Of a DNA stretch of 64,000 bases, positions 22,358 to 35,535 are shown piece after piece; position 1 is the stretch's first letter, and every line of letters begins with the position of its first letter. The stretch covers positions 1,984,001 to 2,048,000 of the forward strand of contig NC_027216.1 of assembly GCF_000981445.1 (NCBI RefSeq), read 5' to 3'. A model generated the notes under the pieces. That model saw only the letters and a list, made by a program, of their open reading frames with translations, searched no databases and was not told the DNA's origin. The translations under genes were made by a program, and so were the position numbers. This DNA comes from Babesia bigemina. Its lineage: Eukaryota.

Positions 22358-24230
22358 TCAACCTCGACTGGAATGTGAACTGCTTCGCCGCTGATCGTCT
22401 CGAGCCCTACTAGAGCTCCTACTCCTGCTGTAGCTGCTGGAATCGGCGCTGCGGCGTCGATGCCTTGATGCACTTCTGCTGCGACTTCGACGCCTTGCGC
22501 TCTGTCTTGAACGGTCATAACCTCTGCGTACAGAGAAGGGGCGTCGTGACGGCGACCCCGATCGAGGAGGCGACCTTGATCGCTCACGACGACGCGCAGG
22601 TTCCCAACTGTCTTCAGACTTGTATTTCACCTGTATCTTGCGATAGTTCAAATACATGCCATCACGCTCCAGGGCACGGGCTGCACCTTTCTTGTCCCTG
22701 AACTTGATGAATGCGATTCCACGACGTGCAAGGGTCTCATCCGACGCAGGGTCATCGCTTGAACCACGGTTCTGAGGTAATTGAATCGATTCCACGTCAC
22801 CGCATGACGAAAAGAAGTCGTACAGATCCGCACGTTTGGTCTTGTAACTCACATTCAGCACAACCACCTGAAATGTATAGAAGGTACGATGTCACTAATT
22901 ACCTCGTCATGGCCCTTCAGAAATGTCTCAAGCTCGTTACTGACCCGCTTTGCGTGAAGGTCGGCCTTATGCTGAAGCTCACGGCGCTTGCTCGCAATCT
23001 CGGCCATCTTTCGCGAAACCAGGTCGCGGTCAATCGATATACGGTATACGCGTTTTGATGCCCCAAGAGTGAATCGGTCGCCATTCCTCATAGCAAACGG
23101 CTCATGAGGCTCCAACCGCTGGCCGTTCACGGTCACACCGGTGACGTCGTTGTAGTTCACCATACAAACATGACCACGCTTGTTCATGTATATGGAAGCG
23201 TGGACACGGCTAATGGAAGGGTTGGCGGGTTTTAGATCGCACGATGGGATGCGCCCTATGTCATACAAGCATTTGCCCTCGAGGCGGTGTTTGCAAATGC
23301 CGGAATCACCGTGTGATTCTTCAACTGTTACCCAAAAATCTTCAGCACTCATGTTTTGGCACATTAGTAGCCACACTGCATAATGTTGTGAAATATAATG
23401 ACGATCAGTTGCATGAGTTGACAGCTCACCTAACGGCCACGCGTAACACCACAATTATCTTAATTAAATAGCATCACAGGCCATTGAAAAGGGAATTTCA
23501 TATTGTATTAGTTGCATAAATTCGCCAAAGCCTACCTCGGTGGTCCTTGTAGGCAGACATATCTTCCCGTATTTGCTCCGTGATGCGCCCGACCTTGTTT
23601 TGGCCACTCTTCCCGTCAAATCCCAGAAACAGATCAGTGGATGTGAAAACGATCTGCCTATCTCCAGTCTTGCCAAGACGAGTGCGTATATCTGAAAATG
23701 TTAGAGTGAGGCGGTATAGAGATTACCTCCGTTCCTCCGGTACTTGTCGCGAAGCAGTAATTCTAGCCATTCGTGGCGATGCGCACTCCACAAAGGGTTC
23801 TGATACGCGATTAGCGAAGGTTGTATAGGTCAATGGTTGCGCAGCGCGACTACATAATCAGAGGTGGCATCAAAACGTTAGCCAAATAACAAACAGTAAT
23901 CTAACCTCATCACTGCCTTCTGAGGTTGCAGATACGTCCATAGACGACACATGGTTAGCGACATGAGCTGGCAAATGGTCAGATCCATCGTAGTGGTATT
24001 CTTGACCGTCTATATTATGCGATAAGCGTAGGAAACGCAAGCCATGGGCGACAGAATGAAATGCGATGCCCTTAAACACAACTCGACACTTGTACGCTGG
24101 ATTTAAGAAGTCAAATTCGCCTTCAAAATTATCGATGCGCATCAAAATGGCCTTCAGGGCCGCGGAATCTGCGCGACAATAAGATGCGGAGGAGAATGAA
24201 GTCAAACCTACCTAGGCCTTCGACTTCCAT
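22358..24230 (-). CDS. Probable NADAR(YbiA)-like + FHA + RRM + RS-domain protein (spliced; could be two genes, with FHA-RRM starting at 23352)
   Basis: NADAR-like IDNFEGEFDFL...SVAH, WLELLLRDKY...LGKTGDRQIV...DLFLG..GQNKVGRITEQIR. FHA IGRIPSCD...SISRVHA...GVTVNG. RRM VLNVSY...RGIAFIKF, then an RS tail. Intron 23376-23535 joins the two halves in frame. Confidence 0.7.
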
Positions 24231-24401
24231 GGCGGCACTGTGTCTACAATAGTTTAACAGTTACACATTACATTTTTAATAGGCATTGATGAGTATTCTT
24301 GCGATATTTTACCTTTATGGACCGTCGGCGCTCCCCATCTGCATTGCCACAGCATCACCGTCGTTGCCACCGAAGCACTCTGAAATAGATGCGGTGGCGC
24401 A

Positions 24402-26293
24402 ATGTCCACCAGAGCCGCCGTTAACATACTTTCTATGGACGTTGTGCAGCTATCGCATTACGTGAGAAAAAGATTCCAGCCGTCCCTTGTGGCCACAGAG
24501 GACAGTGATGAAAATCGCGATTTGGCATATCAAATACTCGCTCTGAAGGACCAACTGCAAAATAATAGAAGGGAGCGAATCAAAATATTCTACAATCTGG
24601 TGCAGGCAGCTCACCACGGGTTCTTTGGCCACAAAGCCACGCGAAATATATACATAGGATTCCCCTACCTCCATCGCCACTTTAGCGAAAATTATCGCAC
24701 ATTTGCAGCAGGCAAACCTGATCCTAACTCAGGTTTGGGTGACCAACTCCTTTTCGATGCTGGGAAGCTGCTGTCTCAGCACACATTCTCTGCCGCAGCG
24801 GCACACCTAAGAGCCTTTTCGAATGACCATGTAGGTGCCTTCTTGCGCGTACCACGCCAACACGGTTTGTTATGACTTCTCTAGGCACTAATTATCGTAG
24901 ATGAAGACGTTAGATTGAGCAAGTTGTACGTCAAAACGCTTCTCGAGTTACTGGGGAAGAATGCCTTGACCGATGAAATAAAGGACGAAATAAAAAACGC
25001 TCTCTCACAGGCGGTGAAACAGTGGTCAATTGAACTTACGGGAGAAGAAAATGTCGACAATCTCATTGGTTAGGTTGTTTTAGTAGCCTGTGAATATTGT
25101 CAGAACTTTTTGCGCTCACCTCCAGTCTAGGCCTTGAGGACCCCGGTCTAATGCCTGTCATCGAAAACTTGATACGAGGAAAGCGCACGCCCTTATCGAA
25201 TAAGGGTAATAAGGTGTGAATTGGATCCAAATTTGTACAGGAAAGTTGATATTGTTATTTGGCCTGGCCTCACACGTCGATGCATGGGGAGCGACGTCAG
25301 TGACAAATAGAATTGACCGACTGTTAATGTCATTTCAAGAGACCGTAGGTTCGCATGCCCGCATTTTATGCCTTTATCAGTACCGATCCCTCGATCTCAA
25401 GGATTCGTTGTTATTTGTACAGTGTCTGGCAAATATGCGTTATCGCCAGCGATTGCTGGACCAAGTAGTTGGGGACAATGTCATACCACGCATATCCAAA
25501 ATTCGGTAGGTTGAATCAATGGAGGCTGTACGATGTGGTTGGACAATAAACATATGGTTATATTCTATTAACGACTCCGAACCACATTTGCTGAATTTAT
25601 GATCAAGCAAGTACGTGCATTGATGTGGATGGTTTAGTCGTGCTTTGCCAATGTGGTGTTATTCATTGAATTTTTTGCCATTTTAACTACCAATGCAGAA
25701 TGGAGGATATGATGCAACTTCTTCACTGCTTTGCCAAACTGGATTTCAGGTGTTCGCGAGTAATAAGCGTAAGTGCAGCCTATATGGCACCATAAGCACA
25801 CGACACAGGAATTCGAAAGCACTCCTATATTCATGTCGCTTACAGCGGTCGACCGCGCTGTTCTGGTTAGACCACATTATTGCTCTACAAAAACAACAGG
25901 CCATACTATCGGCAAAACTAGGCACAGCCAACGTGAGAAATCACGGATGGTTAATTGGGGATTCGAACGGCGGAATCCGGAATCCTGGCAAATGTAAGGA
26001 CGATGCCTTCTTGCAAATGGCAGGTATGCTTGTTGCAATGAATTTTAACGCCACATCTCAGAAGAAAGTGTGTTAGAACAAATGCGCAACATAAAGCATC
26101 AACCAAGCGTTCATTAATAGAATTGTATATACCTCCATCCGTTGCTTTGCTTAAAGACGTTAATGTGAGGTGCCATGTCGAGTCAAGCATTAAGCGGGCA
26201 GCAGCAATTACGTATTTGCCTTGGACCGTCATGTTTACAGTTAAGACGAGTTACTGTAACTGTGCTTCTCATGGATTTTTAACGTGTATTTAA
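24402..26293 (+). CDS. Multi-exon hypothetical protein (3' end approximate)
   Basis: 157-codon first ORF followed by a series of short exons separated by ~35-nt GT-AG introns; divergent from the NADAR gene. Confidence 0.5.
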
Positions 26294-27900
26294 AGCTCAA
26301 GCCCTCGCACGGAGTTGGTGTCGATTCCGGGTTGCACGCTGTCCAGTGGTCAAAAAACGTATCCGGTTACATCTATACATTCAACCAATAGAAAAGTGGT
26401 AATAATACCTTTGCAGTCCATTCTAACAGCATCATTTGGGTATGTACCTCGTATATGCTCTTCGGACAAAATGTCCCCCCCTATAATGTCCTTCACGAAG
26501 TCTCTACGCTTTATCCTCTCGCATCTTCATCTCAACCAAATGGTCTACGTTGGTAATGCCGATTTGCACGCTTGTGTTGCTGTTTTAGTGCCAGTTTCCT
26601 GTATTGCACCTGCTGTGTTGTACATGGTGATTAAACGAATATAACTCTCATGTATGAGGCGACGCATCTACATCCTATTTTGTGCCTTCATGAGCACTGT
26701 TGCCAACACCAATCATAAAATGTGGTGTTTACCATTGCATCCGTCAGCCTCGATGAATGTTCCGGTTGTAGCCTTGAATACAAATTCCTTTGCAACCTAG
26801 ACGTCTGCTCGGGCAGCATGATTTTAGAGTAGAGTGAGGTAATTGTAATTGCCAGTCGAAGAACATATTCTTGTATTGTGGTAGCTTTTTGTAACAAGTG
26901 TGAACGGCCATGGACCCTGCGAAGACTGTGCTGTGGAATTACTTGTCACAACCACTTAGTTGGGCGTTATCTACCGCAGGCATGAGGAAGATGCGACGTG
27001 GAGATTCGCACCGCTGCTCGCATTTTGGAACCTCGGCGATGACTTTAACACACGACAAAGAGCAATACGTGGTACCTTGAACGGGACTTCACTGACGCCC
27101 CCAATTTGGATGAGCAACCACTGCGGCGGTGCCTGAGCACGTTGGTTGACCGCTGGGAGTGGGTGGCTAGACCGTGTGGATTTCACCCTATATGGGCGAA
27201 TATCGGTAAACCGTTGCCTATGTATGAGTTATTTTCAGTGTGGTGACATTTATTGTCAGCATCGTGATAAGCCTCGAAGTCGTAACCACAAACTGCACCC
27301 CAACTATGACCTAGTGAGGCCCCGCAAACATGGTCAGCTATTTATTTGTAAACCCGAAATGTTGCACCTCTCGTGCAAACAGGGGCAGTCTGAGTGGAGA
27401 ATTCGCATTCTTACATTTTTCCTAACAGGTGCGTGTCATGTGAGTCCACTTATGCTGATAAAATAACGCCCCAATACATCCGGTAGCTGTCGATATTAAC
27501 GATAAATCAGAGCTGCATGCTGATGGATTGCGCTTACAAGATGAGACGATGAAGGCAGTCTAAATGTGCATTTCTGTTTGAAGAGTACATTTTGAGCTCA
27601 ACAGACTTCCAGCAGCCACCATCACGTATCCCACCTAACTGGCAACTAGCAGCTAACGTGATAAGAAAGTTCATTGCCGAATTAACATTGCATGCCAATC
27701 TTGGCCGCCCTAGTAGTGGGCGTGGGAGAGGTGTTCTCTCATACGCCAGGTGCCCAAGCGTCCGGAGTGTGTTACGTGGCACGTCTGAGGACGTCAATCT
27801 GGGTGATGCTGGGACTTTGTCTGACGTAACTACGGGACGGCGTGGTCACGGGGTATTTTATTCGACATTGCGGTGATTTCTAAATGCATAATGCCACACT
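26290..27900 (-). CDS. Possible multi-exon hypothetical gene (unresolved)
   Basis: Minus-strand exon-like pieces (e.g. RCERIKRRDFVKDIIGGDILSEEHIR followed by a gtac donor). Boundaries are approximate. Confidence 0.3.
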
Positions 27901-28696
27901 GTGTCGCAGCTGGTGACTTGGTAGTGGGATGGTGGTGGCCTGAAGTGGCGCAGTTACGTTTGTTGAAATGCAAGTTAACATACATGAAGACATTGATGTG
28001 ATAGAACAGTCACCGGCAATTCCGGAATCCCGAAATCGACTACCGTGACTAAATTCTGAATTACATCAAATTGTTTGATACGCCGTGTCGAAGTTACATG
28101 GTATGAGACAAAACATCTTCAATGCAAAGGGGGCGTTAAGTAAGCAACCGGCGCGTTCGTCCAAAACGGAAGTATCATAGGTATATACATACACACGAAA
28201 TAGCCCACGCACAGACAGTAATCTAGAAGATGATTGCTCCCTGGATTGCGCAGCATGCGCTGATAACAGCCGCAAACATTGATGTCTTGCGAGGAAGGCG
28301 AATTTTTGTCGCAAGGCGCTCTAGTTATACGCCGAGAGACACTAGAAACTATTATGGTGTCAACTAAGAGCAACATCAATTATGATAATCACGGAAGACA
28401 AGTGAGTGTGAGCTCGCATTTCTCATTGTGACGGTGTGTTGATAACCGGCAGGCCACGTCAATGGTACGGACCTGGTTGCGGCGATGCAGCTAGTTTGTC
28501 ATCCCGCCATTATAACTTACCTACTTATTGTATAGATGGGACTTACATATGCCTAGAAGGTGCGTGTGTGCTAGAAGCAAACACTGCTGTTGTGCAAACC
28601 CCCCATCAAGACACCGCTGTTTGCACACCGGCTGATAAATACATACACATCCACACGCGCGTAACAATTTTTTGTAGTTTAACAATTATTTTCAAG

Positions 28697-29458
28697 ATGG
28701 TGTACAACTCGTTGACTGATGCTCCTCGCAACCTCAAGGAGGCCATTGATTGGTTGATAGCCGTGAAGGGAGATGATTCTCAAACTATCATGCAGACTTT
28801 AGGTGAGACACTATACCGAATTCTCTCAGACAAGAATGTTGGTTTGTTGTTTATACCGGAGATCGAGAAGGTGAAACGTCTTTCTAAAGAGTTCATGGAG
28901 CAACAAGAACTTAAGGGTCGGTGGTTCATAAAAGAGCTGCTGGAGAGGTTCAAAAGGCCTATGAATAAAACCGTCGGTCTTGAATTAAAGCGTCTCTGGG
29001 TGCGCTTCCCAAGTGATTACGAGAACATCATAAAATCCAGGGATGTAACACCTAAAGACTTGGCAGACGGCGTAGAAGAAATTGTGCATGATTGTGACAC
29101 ATTTCTGAAACTCATTAAAAACCGAGAGTTGTATAACTCGGCTTACAGTTCAGAAGCTACGTGGGAGGCTTCATGCTCTAAAAACCCGGAAGCTTGTGCG
29201 TTGGTTCTAGTGGGTATTGCGCCAATGATATGGGCCGGCATACAAACCTTGTGGGATGCGACCCAAGCTGCAATTGAAGAAAAGTCGAAACCTGGTGCGG
29301 AGGAGCGTTTTGGAAGTGTTTTGAAAGCACTGGGTTACAAAGAGCCAGAATGCCGTGCTGGCATGAGTGGTTCAGATGTCCGCCAGGCTTTGCGCGTTAT
29401 GGATAAAGATATGTTGGTGACACTCTACGACATCTCTGGTTTTTGGGCATTCTATTGA
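28697..29458 (+). CDS. Short VESA-related protein (ves2-like, no TM), 253 aa
   Basis: Starts MVYNSLTDAPRNLKEAIDWL (VESA1 N-terminal SLT..P.NLKEAIDW motif), contains Y.SAYSSEATW..SC...PE.CA, and ends GFWAFY*. Confidence 0.85.
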   Translation: MVYNSLTDAPRNLKEAIDWLIAVKGDDSQTIMQTLGETLYRILSDKNVGLLFIPEIEKVKRLSKEFMEQQELKGRWFIKELLERFKRPMNKTVGLELKRLWVRFPSDYENIIKSRDVTPKDLADGVEEIVHDCDTFLKLIKNRELYNSAYSSEATWEASCSKNPEACALVLVGIAPMIWAGIQTLWDATQAAIEEKSKPGAEERFGSVLKALGYKEPECRAGMSGSDVRQALRVMDKDMLVTLYDISGFWAFY

Positions 29459-30729
29459 ATAGACATCCCGAGTTAACTATACACGGAGTTAAAACATCAA
29501 CTTTTCGTCAGGGTAGTTCGTTGGCTTCATACGAATTCTCACGAGGCATTTTTAATTTTTTAAATTTAATTATTGCCAGTTTGGATTATACAATCTTTAA
29601 CTGCGCTGGTGCCTTCAACTGAGAAAAACACGGTTCTCAAGGCACTTCTAATCTCGTTCGTGATGCAGTTTGACCTGCTCTCGTTGCAGCGGCACATGCT
29701 TGCATCCTCGTATACCCAACAGACCTGTGGATATGCGCTGTTCTAAAATAATACTGCACGCTCATGTTCGCCTATGCAGACAGATGAGCAATTAGTGCGG
29801 CTCGGCGTGATTCGGTGGCATAGCAGTTGCAGGAACGTATATCGCCTATGGGGTGCACGGTGTCGACACGTGTAGAATGTATCACTTAGCAACTCTATCC
29901 TTAATTTGTTGGTAATCTTCTGAATCTGCGTGATAATGTTATGTGTAGAAGAGGCATATGCTGCTTATGTGGCCATTGTTGCATTGAAGCTATTATGAGC
30001 CGTGTTCTTACTGCGTAGCCCATTATTGTCCCTTATTACGTCCTCTCACCTTAAAGTGTGCTGTGTGGTTACATGTGACTTGTGCTGCCGTTCAGTTTAC
30101 CAAGGCTGACGCCTCACGCTGATACTGGTTGCGAGTTCCACGTCGGTTTGTTGCCGATCGTCACTGGCGCCACCGATGCGGCACCCATCCAGTTTGGGCC
30201 AGATGGTCTACTACGGAATCGTAGTCTTCTCTTGGTTTCATGTCCCTCATCACTATTTTATGTGTTTCTTCGATCACCACCCTTTGTATGTGGTTAAGGT
30301 TATGCGTTGCGCATTATGCGTGGGATTACCGGATTCCGGGTAGTTCGTTAATGCTGGGTGCTCTATTACTGAGTCGGTCCACGGAGACTCTACATTTTTG
30401 CATCGCTCTACAGCTCAACGTACAACAGCTCCGCTGACCCATTGTGATACAGCTCTACTCAAATGCATTAGTTGGGTATTAACAACTGAGTCTTGATCCA
30501 AGAGGTGAAAAGCGTATTTGGCACTGGGCACCCAACATCCGTGCACTATGGGGTTACACTGAGTAGCAATACCATCACTGACCTTTAATGTTTATAATCT
30601 GTGTTACATTACTGTGCGAGCACTAGACAATGTTATTGCAACTGACTTCGTAATATAAAGCACCAATATTTACATCAGATGTGACACGGCTACAGTAAGG
30701 CTACGTGGACTAGGTTAGGGTATTACATG

Positions 30730-30990
30730 TTAGTGAAGTGAGGGCTTGGTTCCAGCGAACCCATCGTATAGTTGGTCCAAAACTGTCATGAGGCTTTGTT
30801 TATGGACTTTAGCGCAGATATAAAGGACCAAGAAAACGAGGGCCGCTAAGCCGATAATGCTGAAAAACACGACGAAAAAGTAAAACACTGCGCCATTTAC
30901 ACAGCACTTGCAGTTGCAAAACCCTTTTACGCACTGTGGACACGAGGTGCCGACGCATATTCCATTTTTCTCGCAAGCACACTTCGACAT
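30730..30990 (-). CDS. Short Cys-rich single-TM protein (tail KPSLH)
   Basis: MSKCAC...CPQCVKGFCNCKCC, TM, VLYICAKVHK...TKPSLH*. Confidence 0.8.
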   Translation of the reverse strand: MSKCACEKNGICVGTSCPQCVKGFCNCKCCVNGAVFYFFVVFFSIIGLAALVFLVLYICAKVHKQSLMTVLDQLYDGFAGTKPSLH

Positions 30991-32910
30991 TTTATCATAT
31001 GATCACCTGCTAAACAACCCAGCACGGCAATGAACAACGTACCTTATACCTCGAACATCCTCAGCCAACTGACGGTACACAATGACCATACCTCCACCCT
31101 TACCACGCCATCCACCATGTGCTGGGGCAACCATGAATCCGGATATCCCAACGCTGCCATGACACGGATATCCAATCCCACCGCATGTGGCGAAGCGCAT
31201 GTCAACAATCAAGTGGCACGTCCATCCCAGTAGCCCAGAGTCTCCCCATCCAAGCGTATAAGCAGAGACTTATCAATTGGCAACATACTTTCAAAGGTTG
31301 TCAATGCCTACTGCTAGCGCTAATGCGCGGTGTTACGTCAAATCAACCTCCACTCCCTTTCGTAACACTTAAGAATTCATGCTCGCCTTAAATAATTCAC
31401 GGTACGAGATTTCAACCTGAAAACGCCGTTATCCGCATAACTACACGTTGCATACCAGCTCTGCTTCAATTCATCCAGCTGCTTCCATCCCCTCCAGACA
31501 GGGGCGCCTTGTCATCGGTGAGAGGCATGTTACTTCTCCCCAGCTTACCCAGCTCCACCCTCCCTCCTCCGGAAAGAGGCATGACCTACGTCGTTGCATC
31601 CAGTATAACTTTGATGCTCTGTTCTGCCCTGAGTCCGGGCACCTCCAGTCCCACCTTGCAGGCTGCTAGTACGCCTGTTACCAAATCCATAGCTTGTCCT
31701 ATCCCCATAGCGCTGCGGGTGGTTTTCGCATCCATGACGGTATGACGCCTAGCAACACGCTATTGGCGTACGTCGGATATGCCCTGTTCAGGTCTTAACG
31801 TCCACAGAATACGGCGCGAAAAAGCCGTTGAGGGTATCATCAAAGTACCATTTCCACCATGTCTCTGGCTGCGACAATGGAGGTGGTATAACAGCGGCTA
31901 AGCACAGAGTGGACCTTCACCCTCTTCGATATGGTTAGACAAGAACACGTCCTATTTAAGCTTAGTGACACTTCTGTAGTTGAGCTTCCCAATAACAGAA
32001 TTGATAGGTGCTTGGGACCCTCCAAAGTGCGGAACATAAAGGTTACCAAACAATTGGGTGAGTTTATCAAACGTGGCGTAAATTCACCGGTGAAGGCATA
32101 GTGTATTTAAACTATAGATGATATGGTCTGTAATGCTTGTTACAGTCGAAAAACTGTGGCAATGGTCTGGCGCAGTCCACCCACCACCCAGCCGAAACCG
32201 TCACATCACTAGGCAACTTATATGCCAGGCATAAAAATAAGTTAGAATTGCATTACAATTTTATACTATGAGCCACAGAAATGTTCATTAGAAATGCGCT
32301 CATTGATCACGGAGGGCCTTTCTAAGGCGGTGGGTGGCAGGGTGGATTGTTAACGTGGTGAGTGATCAACTATGTAGACAGGTGACAGCCGGGTTGATAG
32401 GTGAATGAGTTGCCTATGTACTGCGCCTAACAAACTGTGTCAGCTAACCATCTTATCATTGCATAGGCGACGGGTTGGGTACTGATAGTGGAGATGGTGG
32501 GTGATGACGGGGCAAGCCGATGGGGTGGCTACTGGGTGCCACGGTAACGGGGAATTTGTCGTAAGCGTGGTGGTTAGTAGTGATGTCGCTTGATACCCCG
32601 TGGTGTACAGAGGCAGTTCTTAACGCACAAACATCATGGTACTTGGAGGCCGTGACAGAGTGGCGTTGTCTGATGGACGGCATTGTAACTGCGCAACTGG
32701 TGCTGGTTGACCTGCATGCCACAGGTGGATACAATTCACATGCGCCAACTCGGTAATATTTTGGTGGCGTTATCTGCATCTTAGCGATGTAACAAGCGGT
32801 GCACTGGATGGCGGTGACCCGGTTGGTTGGCGCCCAGATGGGAGACGGCAGTGTACTTGGCTGAAATACGTAGTTCATGGTTGCACGTTGAGGGGAGTAC
32901 CACGGGGAAG

Positions 32911-33276
32911 ATGACGGAAGAGACGTGTGAGTGTCACAAGGAAAGTGGTGGGAAGTGTGCTGAATCAAGTTGTAAGTGCTGCGCCGGTTGTTGCCCGGAG
33001 TGTTCGGCCTGTCCGAAATGTGTTGAAAGTAAAACAACCCTCAAAAATGGCATTAGAACATGCGATACATCGTCTTGTAGGAAATGCAGTAAAGGTTTGT
33101 GGAAGTGTACTTGCCTATGTTGTTTGAAGCAAAAAACTTGGATTTTCATCTCCGTATTCATCCTTCTCATCATCGTAGTTTCATGTTACCACTTCGGTAT
33201 CCTGAACATAACATACCAAAAGCTGTCCAACATCCTCCCAACATCTCGACGGAGCTCCTACAGGGGATTCTCATAG
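32911..33276 (+). CDS. Cys-rich single-TM protein (tail type SSYRGFS)
   Basis: GAAG-ATG start MTEETCEC; CKCCAGCCPEC...CTCLCC; TM and tail homologous to 10758-11108. Confidence 0.85.
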   Translation: MTEETCECHKESGGKCAESSCKCCAGCCPECSACPKCVESKTTLKNGIRTCDTSSCRKCSKGLWKCTCLCCLKQKTWIFISVFILLIIVVSCYHFGILNITYQKLSNILPTSRRSSYRGFS

Positions 33277-34430
33277 GTTCACATAGCACACGTAGCCATC
33301 TCACATTAGTTCATACAACACAATCGGTGCTTACGTTCAGTCTCATGATTTAGTTCTGAACGAGCTAGTGTATTTAATCTGCTGCCCTCCTCGACCTGCT
33401 CCACATCAAATCGCATCTACATACTCCCTCATCGCATCGCCGCTCCATCGCTGCTCGCCGCTGCACGTGTCAACAAGCTTAACAGGGTGTTCTATCTGCA
33501 AGGGTGATTGTTGTTGCCATGAATTGTAATGGAAGTTACAATTGTGTGTTACCGTCGCTGCGATTATATCGTTTTGCTGCCATCATGTGTTTCCACCGCT
33601 GCTTCATCTGTTGTTGTCATCACTGCCACCGTAGCTCACCTAGTCACCTAACTGGCAACCCATCACCTAATGTCATGCATCACTCATCAGTTAACATACA
33701 TGGTTATTGGTTGTTAGATTAAATGATTATGTGGCACCTGACCAATAGGATGACGTAACATATAAACCTTAATTTGGTCGATGCGTTGTCACGTCGCTCG
33801 CCCGGTACTTTGAGTTGTGAGTCACCTGTGAGACATGCCTAGGCCATCCTACTGACCCAGTGCTGTGAAGTCGGGTGATTGGCCACTAACGTAGGCAGCT
33901 GATAAGTGCTAAGCTACATGAGTTATTATGTAGTTGCCGTGTTACTAGTTACCACGACCGCAATGTGAGTCGCTGGGCAATGGATGGATCCCGGACTCTG
34001 ATGTGATGGCCAATGGACAGCAAAGTTAGGTGACATTGATGGCATCGGTATAGATAAGAAACCTGTTAATGGAGTACTACATCTCTTTTAGGCACTCATT
34101 ATGACACAAACGTGATGACATTCAGAAGCGGCTGCGCCAACTTTGTACTGTCCGTGATGGTTGGAGTTGATTGCTCCACTGGCACTGGTTGTCCTGCATG
34201 CCACAACCAGGATGGTATCAACATGCTTTAGCTTAGTTGTACTTCAGTTGTGATAGCTGCATAGATGTGATGTGAGTGGCGGTGCACAAGATGGTCATCA
34301 TTTTGCTGCTACCGTGGCGCCGATGGTAGATGGCCAGTGTCGTAGCTAAGGTGCGTGTTCATGAGTGGTTGGTTAGTGCGTTGCTTGAGTGATTGATATG
34401 TTTGCAGGTTGAGGGGACTGGGAGGGGAAG

Positions 34431-34955
34431 ATGTACCAGTGTACGTGTGGTACCGGATGTAAAGCGTCTCATTGGTGTAACTGTTGTTCCTGGTGCTGTG
34501 AAACATGTAATAGTAGCAGCCAATGCTATGGATGTATGGCTTATTACCTAACACGCCATTCAGGCAAGAATCTTTCCGATTGCGCTACTTTCGGTTGTAT
34601 AACGAAATGTAAAGGCAAGGAGTTGAAATGTGGATGTAAGTGTTGTAAAGAGAAATGTAGAGAGCCTGACGCCTGCAAGCCCATTCCTCCTCCCCCTCCA
34701 CCGCCTCCCCCTGCTCTACCCGATGCTCAGCATCTTAGGGCCACCGAAGAGCAATCGTCCGATCTCCAAGATCACACCGAAGATAGCAATCTTCCACCTT
34801 CCCCCCCGTCCCCCCAAGCCATCGCCGCCGTCATCGTTGCCATCATCGTCGCCATCATCCTGCTCGACCTGTGCATCTTCCGCTTCCCGGTGGGCCGCAA
34901 CATCCGCGATTTCCTCGTCCGCAAGATACCCTTCTGCATCGCGTTCTACAGCTGA
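34431..34955 (+). CDS. Cys-rich, poly-Pro, single-TM protein (tail type IAFYS)
   Basis: Paralog of 12231-12809, with only synonymous differences across the TM and tail. Confidence 0.85.
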   Translation: MYQCTCGTGCKASHWCNCCSWCCETCNSSSQCYGCMAYYLTRHSGKNLSDCATFGCITKCKGKELKCGCKCCKEKCREPDACKPIPPPPPPPPPALPDAQHLRATEEQSSDLQDHTEDSNLPPSPPSPQAIAAVIVAIIVAIILLDLCIFRFPVGRNIRDFLVRKIPFCIAFYS

Positions 34956-35535
34956 TCTCAGCAATTTGGTAGAGATAACATTGTAACCCAAATCCCACTG
35001 ATCACCCAACTGCCAACTGAGATCTAATGTTGTAGGCAACGTAATGATTGCGTTGATGACAAATCACATGAGCAGTGAGGTGACCTAGCACCTGGACTGA
35101 GTGATGACCTAGCACGTGAGCTATGTGCTCAACAAACACTCAACCAAAAGTCTGCAAAAATATTTCATTTCTACTGCAAAACATCATGTATAACACCATC
35201 CTCCTACCACTCTCCACCCTCACTCCGCCATGGCTGCCTTGCCTTGTCGCCTTCCCTCCTCAGGTGAGTGGTGTGTCTATAGGATTCGTGTGACGGTTCA
35301 TGAATTTTGCAATATGGTTTAGGTGTGCCATTGTATTAGTATGCTGTGTATTGTAGTTACTATGCGCCTCACTTGCTAGCCTTTCCACTCAGCACACTTA
35401 GTTGTCTGCCATGCTGTATTAAGCGGCGTCACCTTAGAGGTGTGATCACTCTAGTGTTTCCCAGTTGACATGGTACTGGAGGCTGGCTGTGGAGGTTTGT
35501 AACAGTGGATCAGTGGGTAATTGGAAGGGGACAGG

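Noticed and set aside
28436..28696. N-terminal extensions from GTG/TTG starts in the ORF track (28436, 32827, 35521, 41963, 45287)
   Set aside because: Eukaryote; paralog comparison places the starts at downstream ATGs.
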